Source: Megasphaera elsdenii DSM 20460
GTDB lineage: Bacteria; Bacillota; Negativicutes; Veillonellales; Megasphaeraceae
Direction: 5' to 3'
DNA length: 32,000 nt
Assembly (NCBI RefSeq): GCF_003010495.1
Contig: NZ_CP027570.1
Coordinates: 960,001-992,000 of the forward strand
The first letter of the stretch is position 1. Every line of letters starts with the position of its first letter. This document shows positions 7,532 through 15,946 of the stretch, in pieces. The position numbers were made by a program, and so were the translations under genes. A model generated the notes under the pieces. The model had not been told where the DNA came from. It did not search any database and worked only from the letters and a program-made list of their open reading frames with translations.

Positions 7532-10042
7532 ATGAGTGATCGCATGACATCTATTCCCTTTGGAAAATTAATGAACTGGGTCCTGACAGAAGCGCCGACA
7601 GGGACGATTTTCGGCGTCCACCATCACGTACAAGCCGACCCGGAACGGACTTATCATATCTTTGACCGTCCTTTGGAAATGCCCTTTGGCCCGGCTGCCG
7701 GCCCGCACACCCAGCTGGCCCAGAATATCGCTGCCGGCTATGTGGCCGGTGCCCGTTTCTTCGAACTGAAGACGGTCCAGAAAATCGACGGTGAAGACCT
7801 GCCCGTCCCCAAGCCGTGCATCAAAGCCGACGATGAATGTTATAACGTCGAATGGTCGACGGAGCTGACCGTACCGAAGGCCCTGGAAGAATATATCAAG
7901 GCCTGGTTCCTGGTCCACGTCATGGCCGTCGAATACGGCTTAGGGAGTCCGGACGGGATGCAGTTCAATATGTCCGTCGGCTACGACCTGGCCGGTATCC
8001 AGACGGCGAAGATCGATTCGTTCATCGAAAATCTGAAAGATGCGTCCCATACGGCTGCCTTTGCCGACTGCAAGGCTTGGCTCCTGGCCCATCTGGACCG
8101 CTTCCAGAAGCTCCGCCGCGAAGACGTCGAAGCCATTCCGGCAGCTATCTGCAATTCTGTCACCGTCTCGACCATGCATGGCTGTCCGCCCGATGAAATC
8201 GAACGGATCGCCCGCTATTTACTGAAGGAAAAACACCTCAATACTTTCGTCAAATGCAATCCGACCTTACTGGGGTATGACTTCGTCCGCCACTGCATGG
8301 ATGACCTTGGCTACGGCCATATGGTCTTTGACGACAGCCATTTCAAGGCCGACTTGCAGTATGAAGACGCCGTGCCCATGCTCAAGCGCCTACAGGAAGC
8401 CGGCCGGGCGGAAGGCCTGGTATTTGGCGTAAAATTGACCAATACCTTCCCCGTCGACATTACGCGCCATGAATTGCCGGGGACGGAAATGTATATGTCC
8501 GGCAAGCCCCTGTTCTTCCTGGCCATGAACGTGGCCAAGAAACTGAGCGAAGCCTTTGGCGGGACCCTGCCGATTTCCTATAGCGGCGGTGCCGATGCCC
8601 ACAATATCGGCGATATCGTCCAGACGGGTATCTGGCCGGTCACGGTGGCGACGACGCTGCTCAAACCGGGCGGCTATGAACGCTTTGCCCAGCTGGCCCA
8701 GTGTTTTGAAGGAAAGATGGGTCAGTCGTTTACTCGTGTAAACGTCGATGCCCTGGATGCCTTATTGACCAAGGCGAAAGGCGATGCCCACTATGCCCGC
8801 CTGGATCCCAAGGCCCAGCAGCGCAAGAACGACCAGGCTCTGCCCATGATGGACTGCTTCATGGCTCCGTGCAGCCAGACCTGCCCTATCCATCAGGATA
8901 TCCCGGCTTATATGGACCTCGTCGCAGCCGGGAAATATGACCAGGCGCTGCAGATCATCCTGGAAAAGAACCCCCTGCCCTTTACGACGGGGACCGTCTG
9001 CTACCATACCTGCATGAACAGCTGTACGCGCAATTTCTGCGATGACCCTGTCGAAATCCGGCGCAATAAACTGATTGCCGCTGAAAAGGGCTATGCCAGC
9101 GTCATGACGACCTTGCAGGCTACGTCGCCTAATGGGAAGAAAGCTGCCGTCATCGGTGCCGGCCCTGCCGGACTGTCGGCTGCCTATTTCTTGGCTCGCG
9201 GCGGTTTCGATGTGACTGTCTTCGATAAGAACGATGAACCTGGCGGTCTGGTGCGGACCTTCTTATGTGAAAAAAAAGGCCAGATTTCGCCGGAAGCCAT
9301 CGATCGCGATGTGGCTCTCATCGAAAAGATGGGCGTTCACCTCGTCGTCGGCAAGGCGATTGCCTCGCTCGATGAACTGCAGGGTTATGATGTAATCTTG
9401 GCAGCCTGCGGCGTCAAAGGGAAAATTGGGGATACCTTGGCCAGCACTATCGACGGGCTGACGATCATCGGCGACGGCCATTACGGTAAGACCACGTCTG
9501 TCGTAGAATGCATCGCCGACGGCCAAAAGGCAGCTGAAGCTATCTTGGGACAGATGACCAGTGTCGATACCCTGATTCCAGCCGATGTAAACGACGTTTA
9601 CTCTCGCCGAGGCGTCCTGGAAGCGGCGCCGGTAACGGGCTGTGACGGCCGTTGCCTCCATTGCGACAGCGTCTGTGAAGCCTGTGTGGAAGTCTGCCCG
9701 AACCGGGCCAATGTGGCTATTGCCGTACCGGGCCATATGCAGGCCCAGATTCTCCATGTCGACTATATGTGCAATGAATGTGGCAACTGCCGGACTTTCT
9801 GTCCCTGGGGCGGTGCGCCGTATAAAGATAAATTCACCCTCTTTGCCAACGAAGAGGACCTGGAACACAGTGATAATCAGGGCTTTGTCGTCATCGACAA
9901 GGTCAGCGGCTTCTGCAAGGTCCGCCTGGATGGGGAAATCCGGTCGACGACCTTAGGGACGGCTGATGAAGCCATCCCAGAAGATATCCGGACCTTTATG
10001 GAAACGGTCTGCCGCGATTACGGCTATTTGCTGATTGAATAG
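7532..10042 (+). CDS. ygfK: YgfK-type Fe-S/flavin oxidoreductase (DHPD-like TIM barrel, GltD-like FAD domain, 2x[4Fe-4S])
   Basis: AAGGAGG RBS upstream of the ATG at 7532. Blocks GPAAGPHTQLAQNI, FELKTVQ, STMHGCPPDEIE, NTFVKCNPTLLGY, LPISYSGGA, VIGAGPAGLSAAYFLARGG, CPNRANV and CNECGNCRTFCPW match E. coli YgfK as I remember it. 836 aa, versus about 1030 aa in E. coli. Confidence 0.85.
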   Translation: MSDRMTSIPFGKLMNWVLTEAPTGTIFGVHHHVQADPERTYHIFDRPLEMPFGPAAGPHTQLAQNIAAGYVAGARFFELKTVQKIDGEDLPVPKPCIKADDECYNVEWSTELTVPKALEEYIKAWFLVHVMAVEYGLGSPDGMQFNMSVGYDLAGIQTAKIDSFIENLKDASHTAAFADCKAWLLAHLDRFQKLRREDVEAIPAAICNSVTVSTMHGCPPDEIERIARYLLKEKHLNTFVKCNPTLLGYDFVRHCMDDLGYGHMVFDDSHFKADLQYEDAVPMLKRLQEAGRAEGLVFGVKLTNTFPVDITRHELPGTEMYMSGKPLFFLAMNVAKKLSEAFGGTLPISYSGGADAHNIGDIVQTGIWPVTVATTLLKPGGYERFAQLAQCFEGKMGQSFTRVNVDALDALLTKAKGDAHYARLDPKAQQRKNDQALPMMDCFMAPCSQTCPIHQDIPAYMDLVAAGKYDQALQIILEKNPLPFTTGTVCYHTCMNSCTRNFCDDPVEIRRNKLIAAEKGYASVMTTLQATSPNGKKAAVIGAGPAGLSAAYFLARGGFDVTVFDKNDEPGGLVRTFLCEKKGQISPEAIDRDVALIEKMGVHLVVGKAIASLDELQGYDVILAACGVKGKIGDTLASTIDGLTIIGDGHYGKTTSVVECIADGQKAAEAILGQMTSVDTLIPADVNDVYSRRGVLEAAPVTGCDGRCLHCDSVCEACVEVCPNRANVAIAVPGHMQAQILHVDYMCNECGNCRTFCPWGGAPYKDKFTLFANEEDLEHSDNQGFVVIDKVSGFCKVRLDGEIRSTTLGTADEAIPEDIRTFMETVCRDYGYLLIE

Positions 10043-10059
10043 AGAAAGAAGGGGAAACC

Positions 10060-11451
10060 ATGGATTACGTCATCAAAAACGGGACGGTCTGCCTGGAAGG
10101 GGAACATTTCCGGGCTGACGTCACCGTCAGGGAGGGAAAGATCCAGGCCCTGGGAAAGGCTGTCCACAATGGCCATGAAAAAGTCATCGACGCCGATGGC
10201 CTCTATGTCTGCCCTGGCGGCATCGATGCTCATACCCATATGGACCTGCAGCAATCGCCGAAGTATCGCGCCTGTGATGACTTTTACAGCGGCGGCGTTG
10301 CGGCGGCCTGCGGCGGCACGACGACCATCCTGGACCATATGGCCTTTGGGCCGGCCGGCTGTTCCCTGCGCTATCCTTTTGAACAGTATAAAAAATTGGC
10401 GGCACCCTGTCCGGTCGACTATAGCTTCCATGGCGTCATCCAGCACGTCGATGATCAGGTCCTGCGAGAATTGGGCCAGCTCATCGACGAAGGGTTTCCC
10501 AGCTTCAAGGCCTATACGACGTATGGCTATCCTGTCGGTGAAAGAGAATTGATGCAGCTCCTGCCGGTCATCAAGAAGCATGGCGGACTGCTTACGGTCC
10601 ATGCCGAAAGCGACGGCATTACCAACGCCTTGCGGGATTCCCTGGGGCCACAGGATTTGCAGCCTATCGGACAGGCCAGGACGCGGCCTAACGCAGCCGA
10701 AGCCTCAGCCGTTGCCAATGTCCTGGCAGCGGCCCGGGCTTGCGGCGATGCACCGGTCTATATCGTCCACACGTCGGCCCATGAGAGCCTGGACCAGATA
10801 CGCCTGGCCCGGCGCCAGGGCCAGCGCCACATATACAGTGAAACGTGTCCGCAATACTTATTGCTGACAGAAGATAAATTCCGCCAGGGCGGCCCCCTGG
10901 AAGGCATCAAATATATGCTGGCACCGCCGCTGCGGAAAGAAGAAGACAACCGGGCCTTATGGCAGGCCCTGGCAGAGGGGACCGTACAGACGGTGGCGAC
11001 GGACCACTGTCCCTTTACGATAGCTGAAAAACAGGAGAATGTCAGTGATTTCCGCCAGTGTCCCGGCGGTGTATCCGGCGTCGAAGAACGGGTGCCCTTG
11101 TTGTTCAGCGAAGGCGTCCTGAAAGGGAGGCTGACCCTGGAACGGTTCGTCCAAGTCACCAGTGCCAATGTGGCGAAAATTTTTGGCCTGTACCCGCGCA
11201 AAGGGACGCTGCTGCCCGGCAGCGATGCCGACCTCGTCCTCATCGACCCGAAAGGTGAACGGACCTTTGCCAAAGAGAACCTGCACACGACCTGCGGCTA
11301 TTCGCCATATGAAGGCATGACCGTCCGGGCAACGATCCGGCTGACTATGCTTCGCGGTGAAATCATTGCAAAAGACAACCAATTCTGTGGAAAACGCGGC
11401 TATGGAACCCTGTTGCATCGGTCCGCGATGAAAGATAATCTTGATCATTAG
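10060..11451 (+). CDS. hyuA: D-hydantoinase/dihydropyrimidinase-family amidohydrolase (HyuA type)
   Basis: 463 aa with GGIDAHTHMDL and the carboxylated-lysine context SFKAYTTYG. Position between ygfK and xdhD. Confidence 0.85.
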   Translation: MDYVIKNGTVCLEGEHFRADVTVREGKIQALGKAVHNGHEKVIDADGLYVCPGGIDAHTHMDLQQSPKYRACDDFYSGGVAAACGGTTTILDHMAFGPAGCSLRYPFEQYKKLAAPCPVDYSFHGVIQHVDDQVLRELGQLIDEGFPSFKAYTTYGYPVGERELMQLLPVIKKHGGLLTVHAESDGITNALRDSLGPQDLQPIGQARTRPNAAEASAVANVLAAARACGDAPVYIVHTSAHESLDQIRLARRQGQRHIYSETCPQYLLLTEDKFRQGGPLEGIKYMLAPPLRKEEDNRALWQALAEGTVQTVATDHCPFTIAEKQENVSDFRQCPGGVSGVEERVPLLFSEGVLKGRLTLERFVQVTSANVAKIFGLYPRKGTLLPGSDADLVLIDPKGERTFAKENLHTTCGYSPYEGMTVRATIRLTMLRGEIIAKDNQFCGKRGYGTLLHRSAMKDNLDH

Positions 11452-11463
11452 GAAGGTGGCATT

Positions 11464-14154
11464 ATGAGTGAATTATGTAAACTATGGGTAAACAACCGTG
11501 AAATAGAGGCAGATGGGGACCGGAAACTCATCGACGTCCTGCGCAACGACCTGCGCCTGAAATCCGTCAAGGATGGTTGCAGTGAAGGGGCTTGCGGGAC
11601 TTGTACCGTCGTCATCGACGGCAAGGCGACCAAGACCTGTGTCCAGAAGGTCAGCCGCATGACTGGTAAACACGTGTTGACTGTCGAAGGCCTGTCCCAG
11701 CGGGAAAAGGATGTCTTCGTCTATGCTTTTGGCGAAGCCGGCGCCGTCCAGTGCGGCTTCTGCATCCCCGGCATGGTCATGTGCGGCAAGGCCCTCATCG
11801 ACGCCAACCCGGTGCCGTCGCGGCTGGAAATCGCCGCCGCCATCCGCAACAATATCTGCCGCTGTACGGGCTATAAGAAAATCATCGACGCCATCGCCAT
11901 GGCAGCGGACTTGCTGCGCACAGGCCAGGCAATCCCGGTCCGCGGCGGCTACCGCGGTGTCGGCGATCCTTGCCAGCGCATCAACGTCAAAGCCAAGGTC
12001 CTGGGTATCGGCAAGTATACGGATGACCTGGATGCCGTCGACCTGCCCGGCATGTGTTATGGCAGTGCCATCCGCAGTGCCTATCCGCGGGCTGTCGTCA
12101 AGGCCATCCATGCGGAAAAGGCCAAGGCCCTGCCCGGTGTCGTCTGTGTCCTGACGGCCGATGACATTCCGGGTTCTGTCAAAGTCGGCCACTTGAAGGC
12201 CGATTGGGATACGCTCATCCCTGTGGGCTCGACGACGCACTTCCTGGGCGACGCCATTGCCCTGGTGGCTGCGGAAACGCCGGAAATACTGGAACAGGCC
12301 AAGAAGCTCGTCGACATCGAATATGAAGAACTGCCGCCCCTGACCTGTGCTGCTGACGCTTTGAAAGAAGGGGCTCCGCTGGTCCATCCGTCGGCCGGTA
12401 CGAATATCCTGGCCCATGAACACCTGGTCCGCGGCGATGCCGACGCTGTCATTGCGGCCTCGAAATATAAAGTGACGCATCACTTTGAGACGCCGTGGAC
12501 GGAACACGCCTTCCTGGAACCGGAATGTGCCGTCGCCATGCCTTTTGATGATGGCGTCTTCATCTATTCGTCGGATCAGGGCATTTACGATACGCGCCGG
12601 GAAACGGCCCTTATGCTGGGCCTGCCGGAAGATAAAGTCATCGTCGAAAACTGCTTCGTCGGCGGCGGCTTCGGTGGCCGGGAAGATGTGACAGTCCAGC
12701 ATTTGGCAGCTCTCGTCGCCTATGTGTGTAAACGGATATGTAAAGTGAAGTTGACACGGCAGGAGAGCATCCTCATCCATCCCAAACGCCATCAGTTCAG
12801 TATGGACCTGACGACGGCGTGTGATGAAAAGGGGAAGCTGACGGCCATGAAACTCGTCGCCGTCACCGATAACGGGGCTTATGCTTCCTTGGGTGGCCCT
12901 GTTCTACAGCGCGCTTGTACTCATGCCGCTGGGCCGTATAATTACCAGACCATCGATATCGACGGCAAAGCTGTTTATACCAACAATCCGCCAGCCGGGG
13001 CTTTCCGCGGCTTTGGCGTCACTCAGACTATTTTTGCGACGGAATTAAACTTGAATAAACTGGCGGAACTCGTCGGCATCGACCCCTGGGAAATCCGCTA
13101 CCGCAATGCCATCCGGCCGGGCCAGGTTTTGCCCAATGGCCAGATTGCCGATCCGTCGACAGGCTTAGCCGAAACACTGGACGCCGTCAAAGATGTATAT
13201 TATCACAGCGGTCCCTATGTCGGCATCGCCTGTGCCCTGAAGAACTCCGGCGTCGGCGTCGGCCTGCCCGACTATGGCCGCTGCCGCCTGGTCATCAAGG
13301 ACGATATGGTCCACATCTATTCATCGGCTTCCTGTATCGGCCAAGGCGTTGGCACGGTCCTGGTTCAGATGGTATCCCAGGCAGCTGGCCTTCCCATTGA
13401 AGATATCAAATGGCATATGCCAAATACGGCGACGGCTCCCGATGCCGGCACGACGTCGGGATCGCGGCAGACGACACTGACCGGGGAAGCTGCCCGGCGG
13501 GCCGCCGTCCAGCTGCGGCGCGACCTCTTTGCCGCCAAGGGTCTGCCTTACGAAGAAACGAGTCATGCCAGTGATTACCTGGAAGGCGTAACGGTAGAAA
13601 AAGAATCGCCGGCGACGGCAGCCGTCCGCTTCAGCCGGAGCGACCTGGATGTCCTCAACGGCCGGGAATACGTCGGCGAATACCTGGGCAAGACCGACAA
13701 GATGGGCGCTGACGTCCCCCATCCCGTATCGCATGTCGCCTACGGCTACGCCACCCATGTCTGCATCCTCAACGAAGACGGAACCATCCGCAAGATGGTC
13801 GCCGCTCACGACGTGGGCCGCGTCGTTAACCGTAAGAGCCTGGAAGGCCAGATTGAAGGTGGCACCATTATGGGTTGCGGCTATGCCCTGACGGAACAAT
13901 ATCCCCTGGACCACTGCAAACCGACGGCGAAATTCGGGACACTGGGCCTGTTCCGGGCCGATAAAGCCCCGGATGTCGAAGCTATCCCCATCGAAAAAGA
14001 AGGCGTCGACGTAGCTTACGGCGCCATCGGCGTCGGCGAAATCACATCTATCCCTACCGCTCCGGCCGTAGCCGGGGCCTACTATAGATGGAATGGCCAG
14101 TTCCAGACGACATTGCCCTTAGAAGGGACGCCGTATAGCCGGAAAAAGAAATGA
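11464..14154 (+). CDS. xdhD: molybdenum hydroxylase, fused 2x[2Fe-2S] and molybdopterin-binding subunit (XdhD / selenium-dependent xanthine dehydrogenase type)
   Basis: 896 aa. N-terminal CSEGACGTCTV, CGFCIPGMVM and CRCTGY motifs, followed by aldehyde-oxidase/xanthine-dehydrogenase a/b-hammerhead and Moco domains (GGGFGGRED). No separate FAD-subunit gene is present in the window. Confidence 0.85.
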   Translation: MSELCKLWVNNREIEADGDRKLIDVLRNDLRLKSVKDGCSEGACGTCTVVIDGKATKTCVQKVSRMTGKHVLTVEGLSQREKDVFVYAFGEAGAVQCGFCIPGMVMCGKALIDANPVPSRLEIAAAIRNNICRCTGYKKIIDAIAMAADLLRTGQAIPVRGGYRGVGDPCQRINVKAKVLGIGKYTDDLDAVDLPGMCYGSAIRSAYPRAVVKAIHAEKAKALPGVVCVLTADDIPGSVKVGHLKADWDTLIPVGSTTHFLGDAIALVAAETPEILEQAKKLVDIEYEELPPLTCAADALKEGAPLVHPSAGTNILAHEHLVRGDADAVIAASKYKVTHHFETPWTEHAFLEPECAVAMPFDDGVFIYSSDQGIYDTRRETALMLGLPEDKVIVENCFVGGGFGGREDVTVQHLAALVAYVCKRICKVKLTRQESILIHPKRHQFSMDLTTACDEKGKLTAMKLVAVTDNGAYASLGGPVLQRACTHAAGPYNYQTIDIDGKAVYTNNPPAGAFRGFGVTQTIFATELNLNKLAELVGIDPWEIRYRNAIRPGQVLPNGQIADPSTGLAETLDAVKDVYYHSGPYVGIACALKNSGVGVGLPDYGRCRLVIKDDMVHIYSSASCIGQGVGTVLVQMVSQAAGLPIEDIKWHMPNTATAPDAGTTSGSRQTTLTGEAARRAAVQLRRDLFAAKGLPYEETSHASDYLEGVTVEKESPATAAVRFSRSDLDVLNGREYVGEYLGKTDKMGADVPHPVSHVAYGYATHVCILNEDGTIRKMVAAHDVGRVVNRKSLEGQIEGGTIMGCGYALTEQYPLDHCKPTAKFGTLGLFRADKAPDVEAIPIEKEGVDVAYGAIGVGEITSIPTAPAVAGAYYRWNGQFQTTLPLEGTPYSRKKK

Positions 14155-14191
14155 AAGCTGTCTTTTGTATAGGCAGTTGTACTATAATAGA

Positions 14192-14280
14192 GATGTTTGA
14201 TGTTTGATGTTTGATGTTTGATGTTTGATATTTGATGTTTGATGTTTGATATTTGATGTTTGATGTTTGATATTTGATGT
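14192..14280. repeat. tandem heptanucleotide array (GATGTTT/GATATTT), 12.7 copies
   Basis: 5x GATGTTT, then three rounds of GATATTT followed by GATGTTT GATGTTT (the final round truncated to GATGT), giving a 21-bp higher-order period. It fills the xdhD-yqeB spacer from just after a TATAAT box (14183-14188) to the yqeB RBS. Confidence 0.95.
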
Positions 14281-14294
14281 GGAAAGGTGGTCTT

Positions 14295-15140
14295 ATGAGA
14301 GAGAAACTGGTCATTATCCGCGGCGCCGGGGATCTGGCGACGGGCGTGGCCCAGTCTTTGTATGAGGCTGGGTTCCGCCTGCTGTTGCTGGAAGTGGAGC
14401 GGCCGTCGGCTATCCGGCGTCAGGTAGCGCTCTGTGAAGCCGTCTATGATGGTACGGCCACGGTCGAGAATCTGATGTGCCGTTGCTGTCAGTCGCTGGC
14501 TGAGGTCCAGGCCGTGTGGGAGGCTGATGACATTCCCCTCATCGTGGATCCTTCGGGGACATCGATTGCGACTTTAAAGCCTTGGGCCGTCGTCGATGCC
14601 ATCCTGGCTAAGAAAAATCTCGGAACGAGTCGTCAAATGGCTCCTCATACGGTTGCCTTAGGCCCGGGGTTCACGGCTGGTGTCGATGTCGATGCCGTCA
14701 TTGAAACGAAACGGGGTCATCAGCTGGGGCGCATCCTCTGGCAGGGAACGGCCATTGCCAATACGGGGATACCCGGATTGATTGCCGGCTACGGCAAGGA
14801 GCGCGTCATTCACAGTCCCCGGGCTGGTTTCGTGTACGGCCTGGTCCACATCGGCGACAAAGTAAAAAAAGGACAGCCTATGGCTGTCCTGACAAAAGAA
14901 GCAATTCCTGTTGGGACGACGGCGTCGGCGTCGATGGGGGTCCCTGTCCCGGCATCGTTGACGGGGTTCGTCCGGGGCTTGATCCGCGACGGTTATTACG
15001 TGCCCCAGGGCTTCAAGATGGCCGACATCGATCCGCGGGATGATGAACGGGAAAACTGCTTCACGATTTCTGACAAGGCCCGGAACCTCGGCGGCGCCGT
15101 CCTGACGGCACTGCTCTGGATGGGCAGGGGGGATGTTTGA
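14295..15140 (+). CDS. yqeB: YqeB-family selenium-dependent molybdenum hydroxylase maturation protein (short, EF2563-like form)
   Basis: The ATG at 14295 is preceded by GGAAAGGTGG. The earlier in-frame starts lie inside the repeat. N-terminal KLVIIRGAGDLATGVA Rossmann-like motif. Size about 280 aa and position next to xdhD. Confidence 0.7.
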   Translation: MREKLVIIRGAGDLATGVAQSLYEAGFRLLLLEVERPSAIRRQVALCEAVYDGTATVENLMCRCCQSLAEVQAVWEADDIPLIVDPSGTSIATLKPWAVVDAILAKKNLGTSRQMAPHTVALGPGFTAGVDVDAVIETKRGHQLGRILWQGTAIANTGIPGLIAGYGKERVIHSPRAGFVYGLVHIGDKVKKGQPMAVLTKEAIPVGTTASASMGVPVPASLTGFVRGLIRDGYYVPQGFKMADIDPRDDERENCFTISDKARNLGGAVLTALLWMGRGDV

Positions 15141-15856
15141 TGGATTATGATAAGAAGGACTTGCATTTTTCGTCGTGCCGGGAATTACCCTATATCGACT
15201 ATCATCAAGGTGCTGTGGAAAGAAAGCAGTCTATTGCCGTCGAAGTGATGACGCCGCTCTACCTTGACGGGCAGCGCATCAGTACCCTCGTGTCTTCGCC
15301 GGAAGATGTGGATATCCTGGCCGCCGGCTACTGCCTGGCTGAAGGGAAAGTCCCGGCTGGCCGTAAGCTGGTCCATGTCTGCCTGCACGATGAGGCTGCC
15401 TGGGTCACGACGGAAACGGGAGCCGCAGCGGTTCCCGAAAAGGCCCCCTTTGTGCCGATTACGGCGAACCGGCTCTGTTCTTATGGCGGCCTCCTGGATA
15501 GCTTGTCGACGGCCCATCATGCTTCGCACGGCGTCCACGAAGGGGCTTTGGTCCAGGGCGACGAGGTCCTCATCTATACGGAGGATATTGGCCGCCACAA
15601 CGTCCTCGACCGCCTGCGGGGCTTCGTCGAGTTACAGCACATCGATGTCAGCCAGGCCGTCCTGGTCTTCAGTGGCCGCGTTCCTCAATCGGTCATCGAA
15701 AAGGTCCACGGCATGGGCGTTCGCTTCCTGGCATCGCGGGCCTTGCCGACGAGCCTGGGCGTGTCCCTGGCCAAGCAGTACGGGATTACCCTGGCCTGCG
15801 GCTTGCGGCCCGACTCTTTCAAAATATTTGCCCATCCAGAACGGGTTTTGCTATAG
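15140..15856 (+). CDS. fdhD: FdhD-family protein (molybdoenzyme sulfurtransferase-like accessory protein), short form
   Basis: The ATG at 15140 overlaps the yqeB TGA (TGATG). TEDIGRHNVLDRLRG matches the FdhD GRHxALDK signature. The C-terminal half aligns with FdhD. 238 aa. Confidence 0.7.
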   Translation: MDYDKKDLHFSSCRELPYIDYHQGAVERKQSIAVEVMTPLYLDGQRISTLVSSPEDVDILAAGYCLAEGKVPAGRKLVHVCLHDEAAWVTTETGAAAVPEKAPFVPITANRLCSYGGLLDSLSTAHHASHGVHEGALVQGDEVLIYTEDIGRHNVLDRLRGFVELQHIDVSQAVLVFSGRVPQSVIEKVHGMGVRFLASRALPTSLGVSLAKQYGITLACGLRPDSFKIFAHPERVLL

Positions 15857-15873
15857 TTTTTGATTTCATTTTT

Positions 15874-15882
15874 TGTTATAAT
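15874..15882 (+). promoter_or_regulatory. extended -10 element (TGTTATAAT)
   Basis: TGnTATAAT match in the fdhD/moeA spacer with no annotated gene downstream. It would start a transcript near 15889. Confidence 0.35.
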
Positions 15883-15888
15883 ATAAAA

Positions 15889-15903
15889 AGAGATAGCTTG
15901 ATG
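15889..15903. repeat. left arm of a perfect 15-bp inverted repeat (AGAGATAGCTTGATG)
   Basis: Its exact reverse complement occurs at 16100-16114. Each arm lies 6-11 nt downstream of a TATAAT box that points inward. Confidence 0.9.
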
Positions 15904-15946
15904 GTGGTGCATCGGCTTTCCCTGTTGATTTTGTAGGTTGAAGAAA

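Noticed and set aside
9270-9277. A8 homopolymer in ygfK as a frameshift or pseudogene site
   Set aside because: The reading frame is continuous, and the YgfK-like sequence (ISPEAIDRDV...) resumes in the same frame immediately downstream. It is noted only as a slippage-prone tract within the atypical region.
11482-12792. 436-aa minus-strand ORF
   Set aside because: It is a shadow frame antisense to xdhD, with the same low-complexity composition. The same reasoning applies to 213..1046(+), 1327..2130(+), 2435..3694(+), 3973..4737(+), 6184..7173(-), 13321..13914(-), 16793..17401(+), 21794..22444(-), 23849..24634(-), 25264..26361(-) and 29182..29838(-).
14054-14314. 86-aa minus-strand ORF with NIKYQTS heptapeptide repeats
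   Set aside because: The repeats are simply the translation of the 21-bp super-period of the DNA tandem array. The ORF also overlaps the 3' end of xdhD in antisense and has no RBS.
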